From contig JAZKFH010000042.1 in assembly GCA_040386535.1 (NCBI GenBank), positions 128,001-192,000 of the forward strand: a DNA stretch of 64,000 nucleotides, written 5' to 3'. This DNA is from Myxococcota bacterium. Its GTDB lineage: Bacteria; Myxococcota_A; UBA796; SXON01. The notes beneath the pieces are model-generated. The model saw only the letters and a list, made by a program, of their open reading frames with translations, searched no databases and had not been told where the DNA came from. The first letter of the stretch is position 1, and every line of letters starts with the position of its first letter. A program made the translations under genes and the position numbers. Below are positions 9,759-19,236 of the stretch, piece after piece.

Positions 9759-10874
9759 ATGGCACGTGTGCTCCTGTGCGGCGACGTGATGACGGGTCGG
9801 GGGATCGACCAGATCCTCCAGCATCCCAGCGCGCCCGAGATCTTCGAGCCCTGGGTGACCGACGCGCGGGGCTACGTGACGCTCGCGGAGGCCGAGAACG
9901 GGCCGGTGCCCCGCTCGGCGCCGGTGGACTATCCCTGGGGGGACGCCCTGGCCGTGTTCGCCTCCCTCGCGCCGGACGTCCGCATCGCCAACCTGGAGAC
10001 CAGCGTGACGCGGGCGGACACGCCGCTGCCGAAGGGCATCAACTACCGGATGGAGCCGGCCAACGTGGGGTGCCTCACGTCTGCCGCCCTCGACGTGTGT
10101 GTGTTGGCGAACAACCACGTGCTCGACTTCGGAACGGCGGGCCTGCGGGAGACCCTCGCGACGCTCCACGCCGCCGGCCTGCGCACGTGCGGCGCGGGGC
10201 GCGACCGGGTGGAGGCCCGGATCCCGGCGGTCGTAGAGCTCGCGGGCGGCGGGCGCGTGCTGGTGTCCGCCGTGGCGACGGACGACAGCGGCGTGCCCGC
10301 TTCCTGGGCGGCGCGGGCGGACCGTCCGGGCGTCAATCGGCTGGCAGGTGTGACCGTGGAGGACGCCGACCGGCTCCTGGCGCGAATCGCCGCCGTGCGC
10401 CACGCGGGGGACGTGGTCGTGCTGTCGATCCACTGGGGCGGCAACTGGGGCTACGAGGTCCCCGCGGCCTGGGTCCGGTTCGCGCACCACCTCGTCGACG
10501 GGGGCGTGGACGTGCTGTTCGGGCACTCGTCCCACCACCCGCGCCCGGCCGAGGTGTACCGGGACCGCGCGATCCTGTACGGATGCGGCGACCTGCTCAA
10601 CGATTACGAGGGGATCAGCGGGCACGAGGCTTACCGGCCCGAGCTCGTGGTCGCGTGGGTGCTCGACCTGGACGAGACGGGCGCCGTGCGTCGTCTCGGG
10701 TTGGCGCCGTTCCGCCTGCGACGGCTCCGGCTGGAGCGGGCCTCTGCTGACGATCGGGCGTGGCTGTGTGAGCGCCTCACCCGCGTATCCCTCCCCTTCC
10801 GCGGCGTGCTGCGCGACGAGGGCGAGGCGACGCTGCGGCTCGTCTCCGCGGACGATCCGCGCCCAGTGGGCTAA
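9759..10874 (+). CDS. CapA family metallophosphatase (PGA_cap)
   Basis: LCGDVMTGRG, ANLET, LANNHVLDFG, SIHWG, GHSSHHPR, LYGCGD. Confidence 0.9.
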   Translation: MARVLLCGDVMTGRGIDQILQHPSAPEIFEPWVTDARGYVTLAEAENGPVPRSAPVDYPWGDALAVFASLAPDVRIANLETSVTRADTPLPKGINYRMEPANVGCLTSAALDVCVLANNHVLDFGTAGLRETLATLHAAGLRTCGAGRDRVEARIPAVVELAGGGRVLVSAVATDDSGVPASWAARADRPGVNRLAGVTVEDADRLLARIAAVRHAGDVVVLSIHWGGNWGYEVPAAWVRFAHHLVDGGVDVLFGHSSHHPRPAEVYRDRAILYGCGDLLNDYEGISGHEAYRPELVVAWVLDLDETGAVRRLGLAPFRLRRLRLERASADDRAWLCERLTRVSLPFRGVLRDEGEATLRLVSADDPRPVG

Positions 10875-10901
10875 TCGAGCCACCCGCCCGCGGAGCTCTC
10901 G

Positions 10902-12995
10902 ATGGTCTCGTTCCTCTTCGCCCTCGCTTTCGCCCTCCCCGCGTACGCGGAGTCCGTGGCCCCGGCCGCCGCCGCGGTCGCCGAGGACCCCTACCTGTGG
11001 CTCGAAGACGTTGGCGGGGACACGTCCCTGGAGTGGGTGCGCGCCCGCAACACGAAGAGTGAGGGCGAGCTCGCGGCGGCGCCGGGCTTCGGCGCGCTCG
11101 AGAGCCGCCTCCTGTCCATCATGGACTCGGACGCGAAGATTCCCTACGCCGGAAAGATGGGGAAGTACTACTACAACTTCTGGAAGGACGGCCAACACCG
11201 CCGCGGCATCTGGCGGCGCACGTCGTGGGCCGAGTACCAGAAGGCCGAGCCGGCCTGGGAGGTCGTGCTCGATCTGGACGCGCTGGGCGCCACCGAGAAG
11301 GAGAGCTGGGTGTGGAGCGGCGCGAATTGCCTCGCGCCCACGTACGAGCGCTGCCTGGTGTCGCTCTCCCGGGGCGGGGCCGACGCCGTGGTCGTGCGGG
11401 AATTCGACACGAAGGCGCGTTCGTTCGTGGCCGGTGGCTTCACCCTGGACGAGGCCAAGACCGACGTGTCCTGGATCGATCTCGACTCCGTGTGGGTGGG
11501 CACCGATTTTGGGCCGGGCACGATGACGTCGTCGGGGTATCCGCGCGAGGTGCGGCGTTGGAAGCGGGGCGCCACGCTCGCGACGGCGGAGAAGGTGTAC
11601 GCGGGCGAGGAGGCCGACGTGTCGGTGTCCGCGTGGCACGAGGACACCAAGGGCTTCGAGCGGGACTGGATCGACCGCAGCCCCACGTTCTGGACGAGCG
11701 AGCGATTCCTGGTGAGGGATGGCAAGCTCGTGAAGCTCGAGAAGCCGGACGACGCGATCGCGAGCACGTTCCGCGAGTGGTTGTACCTCGAGCTGCGGAG
11801 TGATTGGAAGGCGGGAGACAAGACCTGGAAGGCGGGCTCGTTGCTCGCCATCCGTCTCGAGGACTTCCTCACCGGATCCCGGAGCTTCGATCTCTTGTTC
11901 GAACCGGGCCCCCGCACGTCGCTCGCCGGGCATTCGCCGACCCGCCACCACGTGGTGGTGCAGGTGCTCGACAACGTGCGCAGCCGCGTCGAGGTGCTGA
12001 CCCCCGGCAAGGGCGGTTGGACGCGCAAAGCGATGGAGGGCCTGCCCGAGCTCGGCACGGTGAACGTGTGGGCGGTCGACCCCGAGAAGACGGACGACGT
12101 GTTCGTGACCGTGACCGACTACGTCACGCCCACCACCTTGTCGTGGGCCCGGATCGGAAAGGGCGCCCCCACCCCGCTCAAGCAGCTCCCCGCCTACTTC
12201 GATTCCGCCGGGCTCGTCGTGAGCCAGCACGAGGCTACCTCCAAGGACGGCACCAAGGTGCCCTACTTCCAGGTGTCGAAGAAGGACCTCGCGCTCGACG
12301 GGGACAACCCCACCCTGCTGTACGGCTACGGCGGGTTCGAGGTGTCGCTGGTGCCCGGCTACTCGGGCGGCGTGGGCGCGGCGTGGCTGGAGCCGGGCGG
12401 CGTGTACGTGGTCGCCAACATCCGCGGCGGCGGCGAATTCGGCCCGTCGTGGCACCAGGCCGCCCTCAAGGCCGATCGCAACAAGGCCTACGAAGACTTC
12501 GCGGCGGTGGCCCTGGATCTCGTGGCGCGCAAGGTCACGGACAAGGACCACCTCGGCATCCAGGGCGGCTCCAACGGCGGCCTGTTGATGGGCAACATGC
12601 TCACCACCTACCCGGACCTGTTCGAGGCCGTGGTGTGTCAGGTTCCCCTGCTGGACATGAAGCGGTACAACAAGCTGCTCGCCGGCGCCTCGTGGATCGG
12701 CGAATACGGCGACCCGGACGTGCCCGGAGACTGGGCGTACCTCCAACAGTACTCGCCCTACCAGAACGTTCGCGCCGGTGTCACGTATCCGCGCGTGCTC
12801 TTCACCACGTCCACGCGGGACGACCGGGTGCACCCCGGGCACGCCCGCAAGATGGCCGCGCGCATGTTGGAGCAGGGCCACGATCTGCTGTACTACGAGA
12901 ACATCGAGGGCGGGCACGGGGGCGCCGCCGACAACAAGCAGGCGGCGCACATGTGGGCGCTCGCCTATACGTTCTTGTGGAACGAGCTGAAGTAG
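10902..12995 (+). CDS. Prolyl oligopeptidase (S9A), secreted
   Basis: EDPYLWLE, YGYGGF, NIRGGGEFG, GGSNGG (catalytic Ser), DDRVHP (Asp), GGHG (His); signal peptide. Confidence 0.95.
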   Translation: MVSFLFALAFALPAYAESVAPAAAAVAEDPYLWLEDVGGDTSLEWVRARNTKSEGELAAAPGFGALESRLLSIMDSDAKIPYAGKMGKYYYNFWKDGQHRRGIWRRTSWAEYQKAEPAWEVVLDLDALGATEKESWVWSGANCLAPTYERCLVSLSRGGADAVVVREFDTKARSFVAGGFTLDEAKTDVSWIDLDSVWVGTDFGPGTMTSSGYPREVRRWKRGATLATAEKVYAGEEADVSVSAWHEDTKGFERDWIDRSPTFWTSERFLVRDGKLVKLEKPDDAIASTFREWLYLELRSDWKAGDKTWKAGSLLAIRLEDFLTGSRSFDLLFEPGPRTSLAGHSPTRHHVVVQVLDNVRSRVEVLTPGKGGWTRKAMEGLPELGTVNVWAVDPEKTDDVFVTVTDYVTPTTLSWARIGKGAPTPLKQLPAYFDSAGLVVSQHEATSKDGTKVPYFQVSKKDLALDGDNPTLLYGYGGFEVSLVPGYSGGVGAAWLEPGGVYVVANIRGGGEFGPSWHQAALKADRNKAYEDFAAVALDLVARKVTDKDHLGIQGGSNGGLLMGNMLTTYPDLFEAVVCQVPLLDMKRYNKLLAGASWIGEYGDPDVPGDWAYLQQYSPYQNVRAGVTYPRVLFTTSTRDDRVHPGHARKMAARMLEQGHDLLYYENIEGGHGGAADNKQAAHMWALAYTFLWNELK

Positions 12996-13002
12996 GCGGC
13001 CG

Positions 13003-14322
13003 TCAGGACGGCGGGACGTCACACCTGCGGGCCTCGTCGGCCACGTGGTCGTGGCGGTCCTGCACGTCCTCGACGAGCCGCTCCACGTGGCCCTGCCACT
13101 TGTCATAGGAGAGGTACGGATCGATCTGCATCTCCGCGTCGATCTGGGCGGCCAGCGACAGGATGTGCGCTTCGAGCGCGTCGGCGCCGGGATCCTCGGT
13201 GAGCGACACGAGCCGGTCGCAATACTCCGGCGCGTAGGCCTCGCGCAGGCGTCGTGGCAACACGGGGAGCGCCGCCTCCCAATACGGGCGCAGGTCGAAG
13301 ATGCTCGTCCCCACCAGGTCCTGCTCGCTCTGGTAGAACGAGAGGTCGAGATCGTAGGGGTACACCACGAGCGGACCCTCCGGCGGGCGGTAGAGCATGA
13401 AGTTCTGGGCGGTGGCCGCCATGCCGTCCACATTGGTGAGCAGGATGTCGACCGCCATCTCGCTGATCCACTCCTCCACGTCGATCTTGCCCTCGACGCA
13501 GGCGCGGAGCTGGGCGTCGCTCACCCCGTTCTCCAGGCAGCCGAGCAAGGGGATGATGTCCGTCGCGAGGTCGTCGACGGTGGTGACGCCCTTTGGCTCG
13601 AATCCGTCGTACTCGCCCACGTCGTCGCCCCGGTAGTCGAGGCTCGTGCCCTCACAGTAGCCGGCCACCTTGTAGAAATGCCCGTCGGGGTTCCCGAAGT
13701 GGGTCCGGAGGTACGCCCGATCGTCCGCCTCCTCGACGAGCGGGAACACGCCGAGCGGCTCCCCGTTCACGACGAGCCACGCGTGGTTCGCGCGCGGCGC
13801 GGGCACGCCGGCGTCCCGCATCCAATCGAGCGCCGCCCGCTCGCGCAGGAGCGACGTGTCGCCCTCGGTGCCGAGCAGCGAGACCCGCTCCGCGCCATGG
13901 AACGTCTGGTCTACCAGCGACTCGAACGAGAGCTTGAACCCCCACCGGCTGCCGGCCTGGTAGTTGGATTTCTCGAGCGCGCTGTGCCCGCGGTACCGCA
14001 CGCCCACGCGCGGCCAGCGCTCCTCGACGCCGGTGAGGGGGTTGGTGAAGGCGAGATCGGCCTCGAGGTAGCCTCTCTCGTCGCAGCTGTCGCCCTCCAC
14101 GAGGGTCGCGAGCGCCGCCTCCCAGTCGTCCTCGGCAAAGGTGAGGGAGAAGATCGGGAGGACCTCGGACGCCCAGAGGGCGGCGGGATCCTCCAGCGAC
14201 GCGTCCTCGGGCGCGGCCAGGAGCACCTCGGGCTCGTCGGAGCGGGGCTCCGGCCCCGGCGGACCCCCGATCGGGCCCAGGGTGGAGTCGGGCGCGGTGC
14301 AGGCAAGGAGGAGAAGGAGCAT
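13003..14322 (-). CDS. CotH kinase family lipoprotein
   Basis: VGVRYRGHS, LLRERAA, PAPRANHAWLVVNGEPLG...VEE, YPYDLDLSF; lipobox MLLLLLAC. Confidence 0.85.
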   Translation of the reverse strand: MLLLLLACTAPDSTLGPIGGPPGPEPRSDEPEVLLAAPEDASLEDPAALWASEVLPIFSLTFAEDDWEAALATLVEGDSCDERGYLEADLAFTNPLTGVEERWPRVGVRYRGHSALEKSNYQAGSRWGFKLSFESLVDQTFHGAERVSLLGTEGDTSLLRERAALDWMRDAGVPAPRANHAWLVVNGEPLGVFPLVEEADDRAYLRTHFGNPDGHFYKVAGYCEGTSLDYRGDDVGEYDGFEPKGVTTVDDLATDIIPLLGCLENGVSDAQLRACVEGKIDVEEWISEMAVDILLTNVDGMAATAQNFMLYRPPEGPLVVYPYDLDLSFYQSEQDLVGTSIFDLRPYWEAALPVLPRRLREAYAPEYCDRLVSLTEDPGADALEAHILSLAAQIDAEMQIDPYLSYDKWQGHVERLVEDVQDRHDHVADEARRCDVPPS

Positions 14323-14403
14323 GAATGGAAGGTAGGATGAAACAATCGGACGGGAAGGGACCCCCGGCTGGGGTCGGGCCACGCCATCGGCTATGAGGCC
14401 GCG

Positions 14404-15843
14404 ATGTTCACCCTCCTCCTCCTGGCCTGCGCTCCGGATGCCACCCCCGAGTGTGCCTGTATCAAGGACGATACGGACGCCGTCGTCGACACCGCCCCCG
14501 TCGACACGGATGACACCGATCCTCCCGACACCGCCCCCGTCGACACGGATGACACCGATCCACCCGACACGGCTCCCGTGGACACCGACGACACGGGTGA
14601 CACCGACGACACCGTCGTCCCCCCGCTCCAGGTCTACCTGCTCGCCGGCCAGTCCAACATGGACGGCTACGGCTACGTGAGCGGGTTGCCGCCCTCCCTC
14701 CAGGTGGCCCAGCCGGATGTCCGGCTCTATTGGTCCGGCCTCGCCGCCTGGGCGGACCTCGGCCCCGCGTCCTACGGTTCATTCTACGGCGTGGAATACT
14801 TCGGCCCCGAGGTGACGTTCGGCCGGGCCCTCGCGGACGGCGATCCGGGCGGCAGCTACGCGCTGATCAAGCACGCGGTGGGCGGGACCGACCTGCTCTA
14901 CTATTGGTACCCTGGCACCTACCGGGCCGACCCATCCCAGGGAGAGGGCTATCGGGCCTTCCTCGCGACGATCGACGCGGCCCTGGCCGAGCTCGACGCC
15001 GCCGGCACGGACTGGGAGATCGCCGGCATGATCTGGATGCAGGGCGAATCCGACGCGTTCGAGATCACGCAGGCGGAGGCGTACGGGGCCAACCTCACCA
15101 CGTTCATCGCCCGCGTGCGGGACGATGTCGCGGTGCCCGACCTGCCGTTCTCCATCGGCAAGATCCACTGCCCGACGTGTGTGTACGGCGACATCATCCG
15201 CGCCGGGCAGGACGGCGTCGCCGCGACGGTGCCCCATGTCGTCGCGTTCGACACCAGCGACCTCCCCATCAACGCCGACGGCATCCACTACGACGGCTCG
15301 GGGATGCGCACCCTGGGCGAGCGATTTGTCCAATCGCTCGCGGGTGCGCCGCTCTCCGTCACACCCACCCCGGCCTTCACGCTCACCGGGGGGTTCAACT
15401 CGTACTACACGGGCAATTTCTTCCTCGGGTACAGCTTCACGATCGACCGGCCCATCACCGTGACCGACCTCGGCACCCTCGACTACGGACTCAACGGGCT
15501 GGCGTACGCCTCCGAGGTCGCCATCTACGACGCGGCGACCTCCACCCTCGTCGCGCGGACCACCGTCCCCGCGAACTCCTCGTCGCCGTCCGCCCCGTGG
15601 GGCGCGTGGCGGTACGCGGCGCTGGAGCCGCTCGACCTCGAGCCCGGCAGCTACGTCATCGCGTCGCAGGTGTACCTCGGCTCCGAAGATCTCTACATCT
15701 TCGACGCCGGGTTCAGCGCGGCGGCGGGGTTCACCTGGGTGGAGGGGCGCCACAAGGACTATGCGTCGGTGGGGTTGCCGACGTATGTCACGTCGTTGCC
15801 GGGGAATTGGTTCGGGCCCAACCTGCTCTACGTGGAGCGCTGA
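14404..15843 (+). CDS. Sialate O-acetylesterase (SASA/SGNH) lipoprotein with D/T-rich linker and C-terminal beta-sandwich
   Basis: LLAGQSNM, FGPE, IKHAVGGT, WMQGESD, DGIHY; repeated DTAPVDTDDTDPP linker. Confidence 0.85.
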   Translation: MFTLLLLACAPDATPECACIKDDTDAVVDTAPVDTDDTDPPDTAPVDTDDTDPPDTAPVDTDDTGDTDDTVVPPLQVYLLAGQSNMDGYGYVSGLPPSLQVAQPDVRLYWSGLAAWADLGPASYGSFYGVEYFGPEVTFGRALADGDPGGSYALIKHAVGGTDLLYYWYPGTYRADPSQGEGYRAFLATIDAALAELDAAGTDWEIAGMIWMQGESDAFEITQAEAYGANLTTFIARVRDDVAVPDLPFSIGKIHCPTCVYGDIIRAGQDGVAATVPHVVAFDTSDLPINADGIHYDGSGMRTLGERFVQSLAGAPLSVTPTPAFTLTGGFNSYYTGNFFLGYSFTIDRPITVTDLGTLDYGLNGLAYASEVAIYDAATSTLVARTTVPANSSSPSAPWGAWRYAALEPLDLEPGSYVIASQVYLGSEDLYIFDAGFSAAAGFTWVEGRHKDYASVGLPTYVTSLPGNWFGPNLLYVER

Positions 15844-15847
15844 TCGG

Positions 15848-16555
15848 TCAGTCCGCGATGATGGCGAGGGCGACCCCCGCGGGGAACCAATCGTTGCACT
15901 CGGGCTCGTCCTCGAGGTCGACGTCGTAGCCGCCGTGCACGAACCGGAATCCGTCCTGCTCCACCTCCTCGGCGTAGGGAACGGTGACAGCAACGCCCTC
16001 GACCACGACATCCATGTCGTATTTTGCGTACATCCCGCATCCGTCGTCTGTCGTGCAGCGGGTGTCCCCCGCGGTGACCTCCATCGGGCCCTCGGGGAGG
16101 GCCTCGCCGGCGCTGGCCTCCGCGACGATCAGCCGGGGGGCGTTGCTGGAGTCCGCGAGGACGAAAATGGCCTCTTCTGGGACGAACCCCCGGAAGGTGT
16201 GCTCGGCGGAGAGGATGACGGAATCGCCGACGGCGAGGAACGTGTCGGAGAGGCCGGGCACGTCCAAGGAGATGGTGTAGTCGAGCCCATCGGTGCCGCT
16301 CAACACGACCACGAGGCCCTCGCCGAGAGGGTGGTTGCCGACCTCCGCGATGCACGCCTCCGGACGCGGGCCCCTGCCGATCGACACCACCGTGCCTTCC
16401 ATGTCAGCTTCCCGCGTGCCGAAGTCCTCGCCTGTCACGCCCCCTCCGCCAAAGCACACGGCGATGGCCGGGACCGTGAGGTCGGGGCAGGTGGCCTCCT
16501 CCTCGGCGGGGGTGTCGCAGGCGGAGAGGAGGGCGAAGAGCATGGGGGTTCTCAT
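15848..16555 (-). CDS. Hypothetical lipoprotein
   Basis: Lipobox FALLSAC; acidic, with several Cys. Confidence 0.65.
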   Translation of the reverse strand: MRTPMLFALLSACDTPAEEEATCPDLTVPAIAVCFGGGGVTGEDFGTREADMEGTVVSIGRGPRPEACIAEVGNHPLGEGLVVVLSGTDGLDYTISLDVPGLSDTFLAVGDSVILSAEHTFRGFVPEEAIFVLADSSNAPRLIVAEASAGEALPEGPMEVTAGDTRCTTDDGCGMYAKYDMDVVVEGVAVTVPYAEEVEQDGFRFVHGGYDVDLEDEPECNDWFPAGVALAIIAD

Positions 16556-16619
16556 GGCTTCATCCTCGAATGCAAGCGGTGGTCCACGCGGACCACGCTA
16601 AGCTCTCCCGGAGGCTCAG

Positions 16620-16934
16620 TTGCAGCATCCCACGAAGGTGAACCAGGCCCCTGCCATCCGCCCCACGGCCCGGTTGGTGGCATTGGCGTTGGCGTTGGGC
16701 GCGATGGGCGGCTGCTGCCACGAGGTAGTGGACACCGCGTGTATCGATTGGGAGGAGCCCAGCTGTCCAGCCCCCGAGGTCATCGAGGGAGAGCACTTCG
16801 ACGACACGTCCGTGAACAGCCCGGGGACGTTCTGGCCGGCGCACGAGTACCTGATCGACGGGGTGAGCCACACCGAGCCCGCGAAGTGTTGCTACGAGGT
16901 CACCCGGACGATTTGTACGGAGGAGCTCCATTGA
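16620..16934 (+). CDS. Small Cys-rich hypothetical lipoprotein (start uncertain)
   Basis: LALGAMGGCC lipobox; C-terminal KCCYEV motif. Confidence 0.5.
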   Translation: MQHPTKVNQAPAIRPTARLVALALALGAMGGCCHEVVDTACIDWEEPSCPAPEVIEGEHFDDTSVNSPGTFWPAHEYLIDGVSHTEPAKCCYEVTRTICTEELH

Positions 16935-17704
16935 GGCGCCGCTGTCTGCTTGCTCTCGTCGCCCTCCTGACGCTGTCGGACGCCGCGCGCGCCGCGGAGG
17001 GGAGCACGATCGTCGGCGTGCAGGCCAGCGTCGCCGGCGGGCCGTGGATCGGCACGTCCAACCAGGAGATCGATGCCGAGCTGGCCGGTGTCGACTGGCC
17101 GGAGCTTCCGGCCGTCGCGCCGGAATTCCAGGTTCGTTTCGGGCTCACCGTCTTCGACGCGACGCTCGACCTCCATTTCCAAGGAAATGACCAGCGCGTC
17201 GAGGGGACCTCGGACGAGAGGGAGGGGCTCGAACATCATCGCGTCGCGATCGGAGCGGACCTCGGGTATCGATTCCGGCTCGGGCGCATCTTCACCTTGA
17301 GCCCCTTCGTGGGCATCGGGTCCGTCACGTCCACCCTCTGCCTCGCCGGCCAACCCGACGCGACCTCCTCCCCGTCGAGCCCGCCCTTCGAGCAGGTCCT
17401 CAGGAACCCCGGCCTCGGCATGTGCCTGAAGTCCGCGGAGATTGGCCTCGACGCTGGGCTCGGGTTCGCCGCGAACATGCGGTTCGAGTTCGAGCGGCAG
17501 AAAGGTCAGGCCCTCGCCGGCTACCTGAGCGTCGGGCCGCGGGTCGGCTTCACGCAGCCCCTCGGGAGCGCCCGGACATGGGAGCAGGCCTCCTCCGAGC
17601 TCAGCGTTGACCTGCCGGCGTTCGAAGGTCCGAAAGCCCCGATGGCCGGCGTGTTCGTGGGGATCGAGGCGCAGTTCCGATTCTCCCTGGAAGCGGTTCC
17701 GTGA
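16931..17704 (+). CDS. Hypothetical exported protein, possible outer-membrane beta-barrel
   Basis: TTG 16931 overlapping upstream TGA; signal peptide ending ARA; alternating beta strands (ADLGYRFRL, GVFVGIEAQFRF). Confidence 0.55.
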   Translation: MRRRCLLALVALLTLSDAARAAEGSTIVGVQASVAGGPWIGTSNQEIDAELAGVDWPELPAVAPEFQVRFGLTVFDATLDLHFQGNDQRVEGTSDEREGLEHHRVAIGADLGYRFRLGRIFTLSPFVGIGSVTSTLCLAGQPDATSSPSSPPFEQVLRNPGLGMCLKSAEIGLDAGLGFAANMRFEFERQKGQALAGYLSVGPRVGFTQPLGSARTWEQASSELSVDLPAFEGPKAPMAGVFVGIEAQFRFSLEAVP

Positions 17705-17714
17705 GCACCCCGTG

Positions 17715-19145
17715 TCAGCGAGCCGTACCCCCTCCCGGCTCGTCCGTGCCGATGCCGTGCTTCTTCATGAGCCGGTACAGCACGAATCGGCTGCGCAGGC
17801 CCATCGCTTCCGCGGCGACCGCCGCCCGGCCCCCCGCGGCGGCCAGCGCGGCCTCGATCGCCGCACGGTCCGGTGGGGCGGCCGCGGCGGCGGGGCTCAG
17901 CGACAGCTCGCCGCGGACCTCCGGGGTCAACGCGAGGTGATCGGCGGGGCTGGTGGTGATGGCGCGCCAGAGCAGCCGGTGCAGCTCACGGATGTGGAGC
18001 GTGTAGCGGTGGCGTACGAGGGCCTCCACGAGGTCGGGGTGAACCCGGGGGAGACCGTCGGCGCCAAAGAAGCGGGCGTACACCGCTGGGGTCTCCACCG
18101 CGGCACGCCGTAGCGCCGCCGCCAGCAGGAGAGGAACGTCGTCCGGGCGCGCGTCCAGCCCGGGCAGGAGGATGCGAGTGGTGAGACGCGCGAGGAAGTC
18201 GTGCTTCAACGCCTCGGGATCGCGGTTGGTCGCGGCGATGAGGCGCAGGTCGGAACGCCGGCTCCGCGACTCCCCGAGGCGCTGATACTCGCCACCCAGA
18301 TCGAGGATCCGGAGCAGGTGCGCCTGCAGCGCGGAGGGCAGCTCGCCGATCTCGTCGAGGAAGAGCGAGGAGCCGTTCGCCTCCCCCACGAGGCCGGGCC
18401 GCTCGGGGCTGCCGACGTTCGGATAGTTGCGGGCGCAGCCGAACAGCTCGGCGTCGACGAGGCTCTCGGGCAGGGTCGCGGCGTTGCGCGACACCAGCGG
18501 TTTGCGCCCGCGCGCAGAGAGGCCGTGCAGCGCCTGGGCCGCCAACTCCTTGCCGACCCCGCTCGGGCCGGTGAGCAGTACGTGGTGAGGGCTCGCGGCC
18601 GCGAAGGCCAGCTCGGCCCGAAGGCGCCAGGCCGGGGCGCTCTCGCCGATCATGCCGAACGCGTCGGGGCCCCCGAACGGGAAGTCCACCGGCGGCAACA
18701 GGCCCGCGAGGCCGGAGAGCGGCTCCCGCCGCACCACCACCAGCACCACGGTGTTCCGGAGGGTGAGGGTGTCCCCCGGGCGCGCCTCCCCCTCGCCGCG
18801 CTCTTCTCCGTTGATCCGGAGCTTGCATCGGCCGATGTTCTCGACCCAGAGGTGTTGGTCGCCCTCCGGCCGTACGCGGACCTGGTCGCGCGAGATCCGC
18901 GGGCTCTGCAGGGCCTCGGCCGTGCCCGGCTGACCGGGGCGCCACCGTCGGAACCGCAACCGGTCCTCCTCCCAGGCCTCGCCTCCCCGCCCGAGCATCC
19001 TCGCGCCGTCGACGCGGGCCGACTCCCCCACACGATTCGGCTCGTCCAACGACCATGCGACGACCAACTCGAGGCGTCCGCCGTCGGTGGCGTCGCGGAG
19101 CTCCCAGGGAAGCTCTTGTTCCGTGAGGGTGGAGGAGGCAGGCAC
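17715..19145 (-). CDS. FHA-domain NtrC/Fis-family AAA+ transcriptional regulator (GAFTGA-degenerate)
   Basis: FHA-like LGRG...ISRDQ...N; Walker A GPSGVGKE; ELFGCARNYPNVG; Walker B LFLDEIGEL; AATNR; C-terminal HTH. Probable GTG start at 19145. Confidence 0.88.
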   Translation of the reverse strand: MPASSTLTEQELPWELRDATDGGRLELVVAWSLDEPNRVGESARVDGARMLGRGGEAWEEDRLRFRRWRPGQPGTAEALQSPRISRDQVRVRPEGDQHLWVENIGRCKLRINGEERGEGEARPGDTLTLRNTVVLVVVRREPLSGLAGLLPPVDFPFGGPDAFGMIGESAPAWRLRAELAFAAASPHHVLLTGPSGVGKELAAQALHGLSARGRKPLVSRNAATLPESLVDAELFGCARNYPNVGSPERPGLVGEANGSSLFLDEIGELPSALQAHLLRILDLGGEYQRLGESRSRRSDLRLIAATNRDPEALKHDFLARLTTRILLPGLDARPDDVPLLLAAALRRAAVETPAVYARFFGADGLPRVHPDLVEALVRHRYTLHIRELHRLLWRAITTSPADHLALTPEVRGELSLSPAAAAAPPDRAAIEAALAAAGGRAAVAAEAMGLRSRFVLYRLMKKHGIGTDEPGGGTAR

Positions 19146-19236
19146 GCCCACGGATAACCCAGCGGGTTCCCAACCCGGGCAGATCCGGGCCCGTCGGCGG
19201 TTGCGGCCGCGGTACACGGGCCATAACAAGCAGAAC

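Noticed and set aside
9759..10874. Poly-gamma-glutamate capsule locus
   Set aside because: Only a CapA-family gene is present; capB and capC are absent, and stand-alone CapA homologues are common.
9105..13433. 1442-aa minus-strand ORF, and similar long ORFs (24930-27326, 43476-46118, 38078-40408)
   Set aside because: Antisense or off-frame shadows of clearly identified genes, expected in high-GC DNA.
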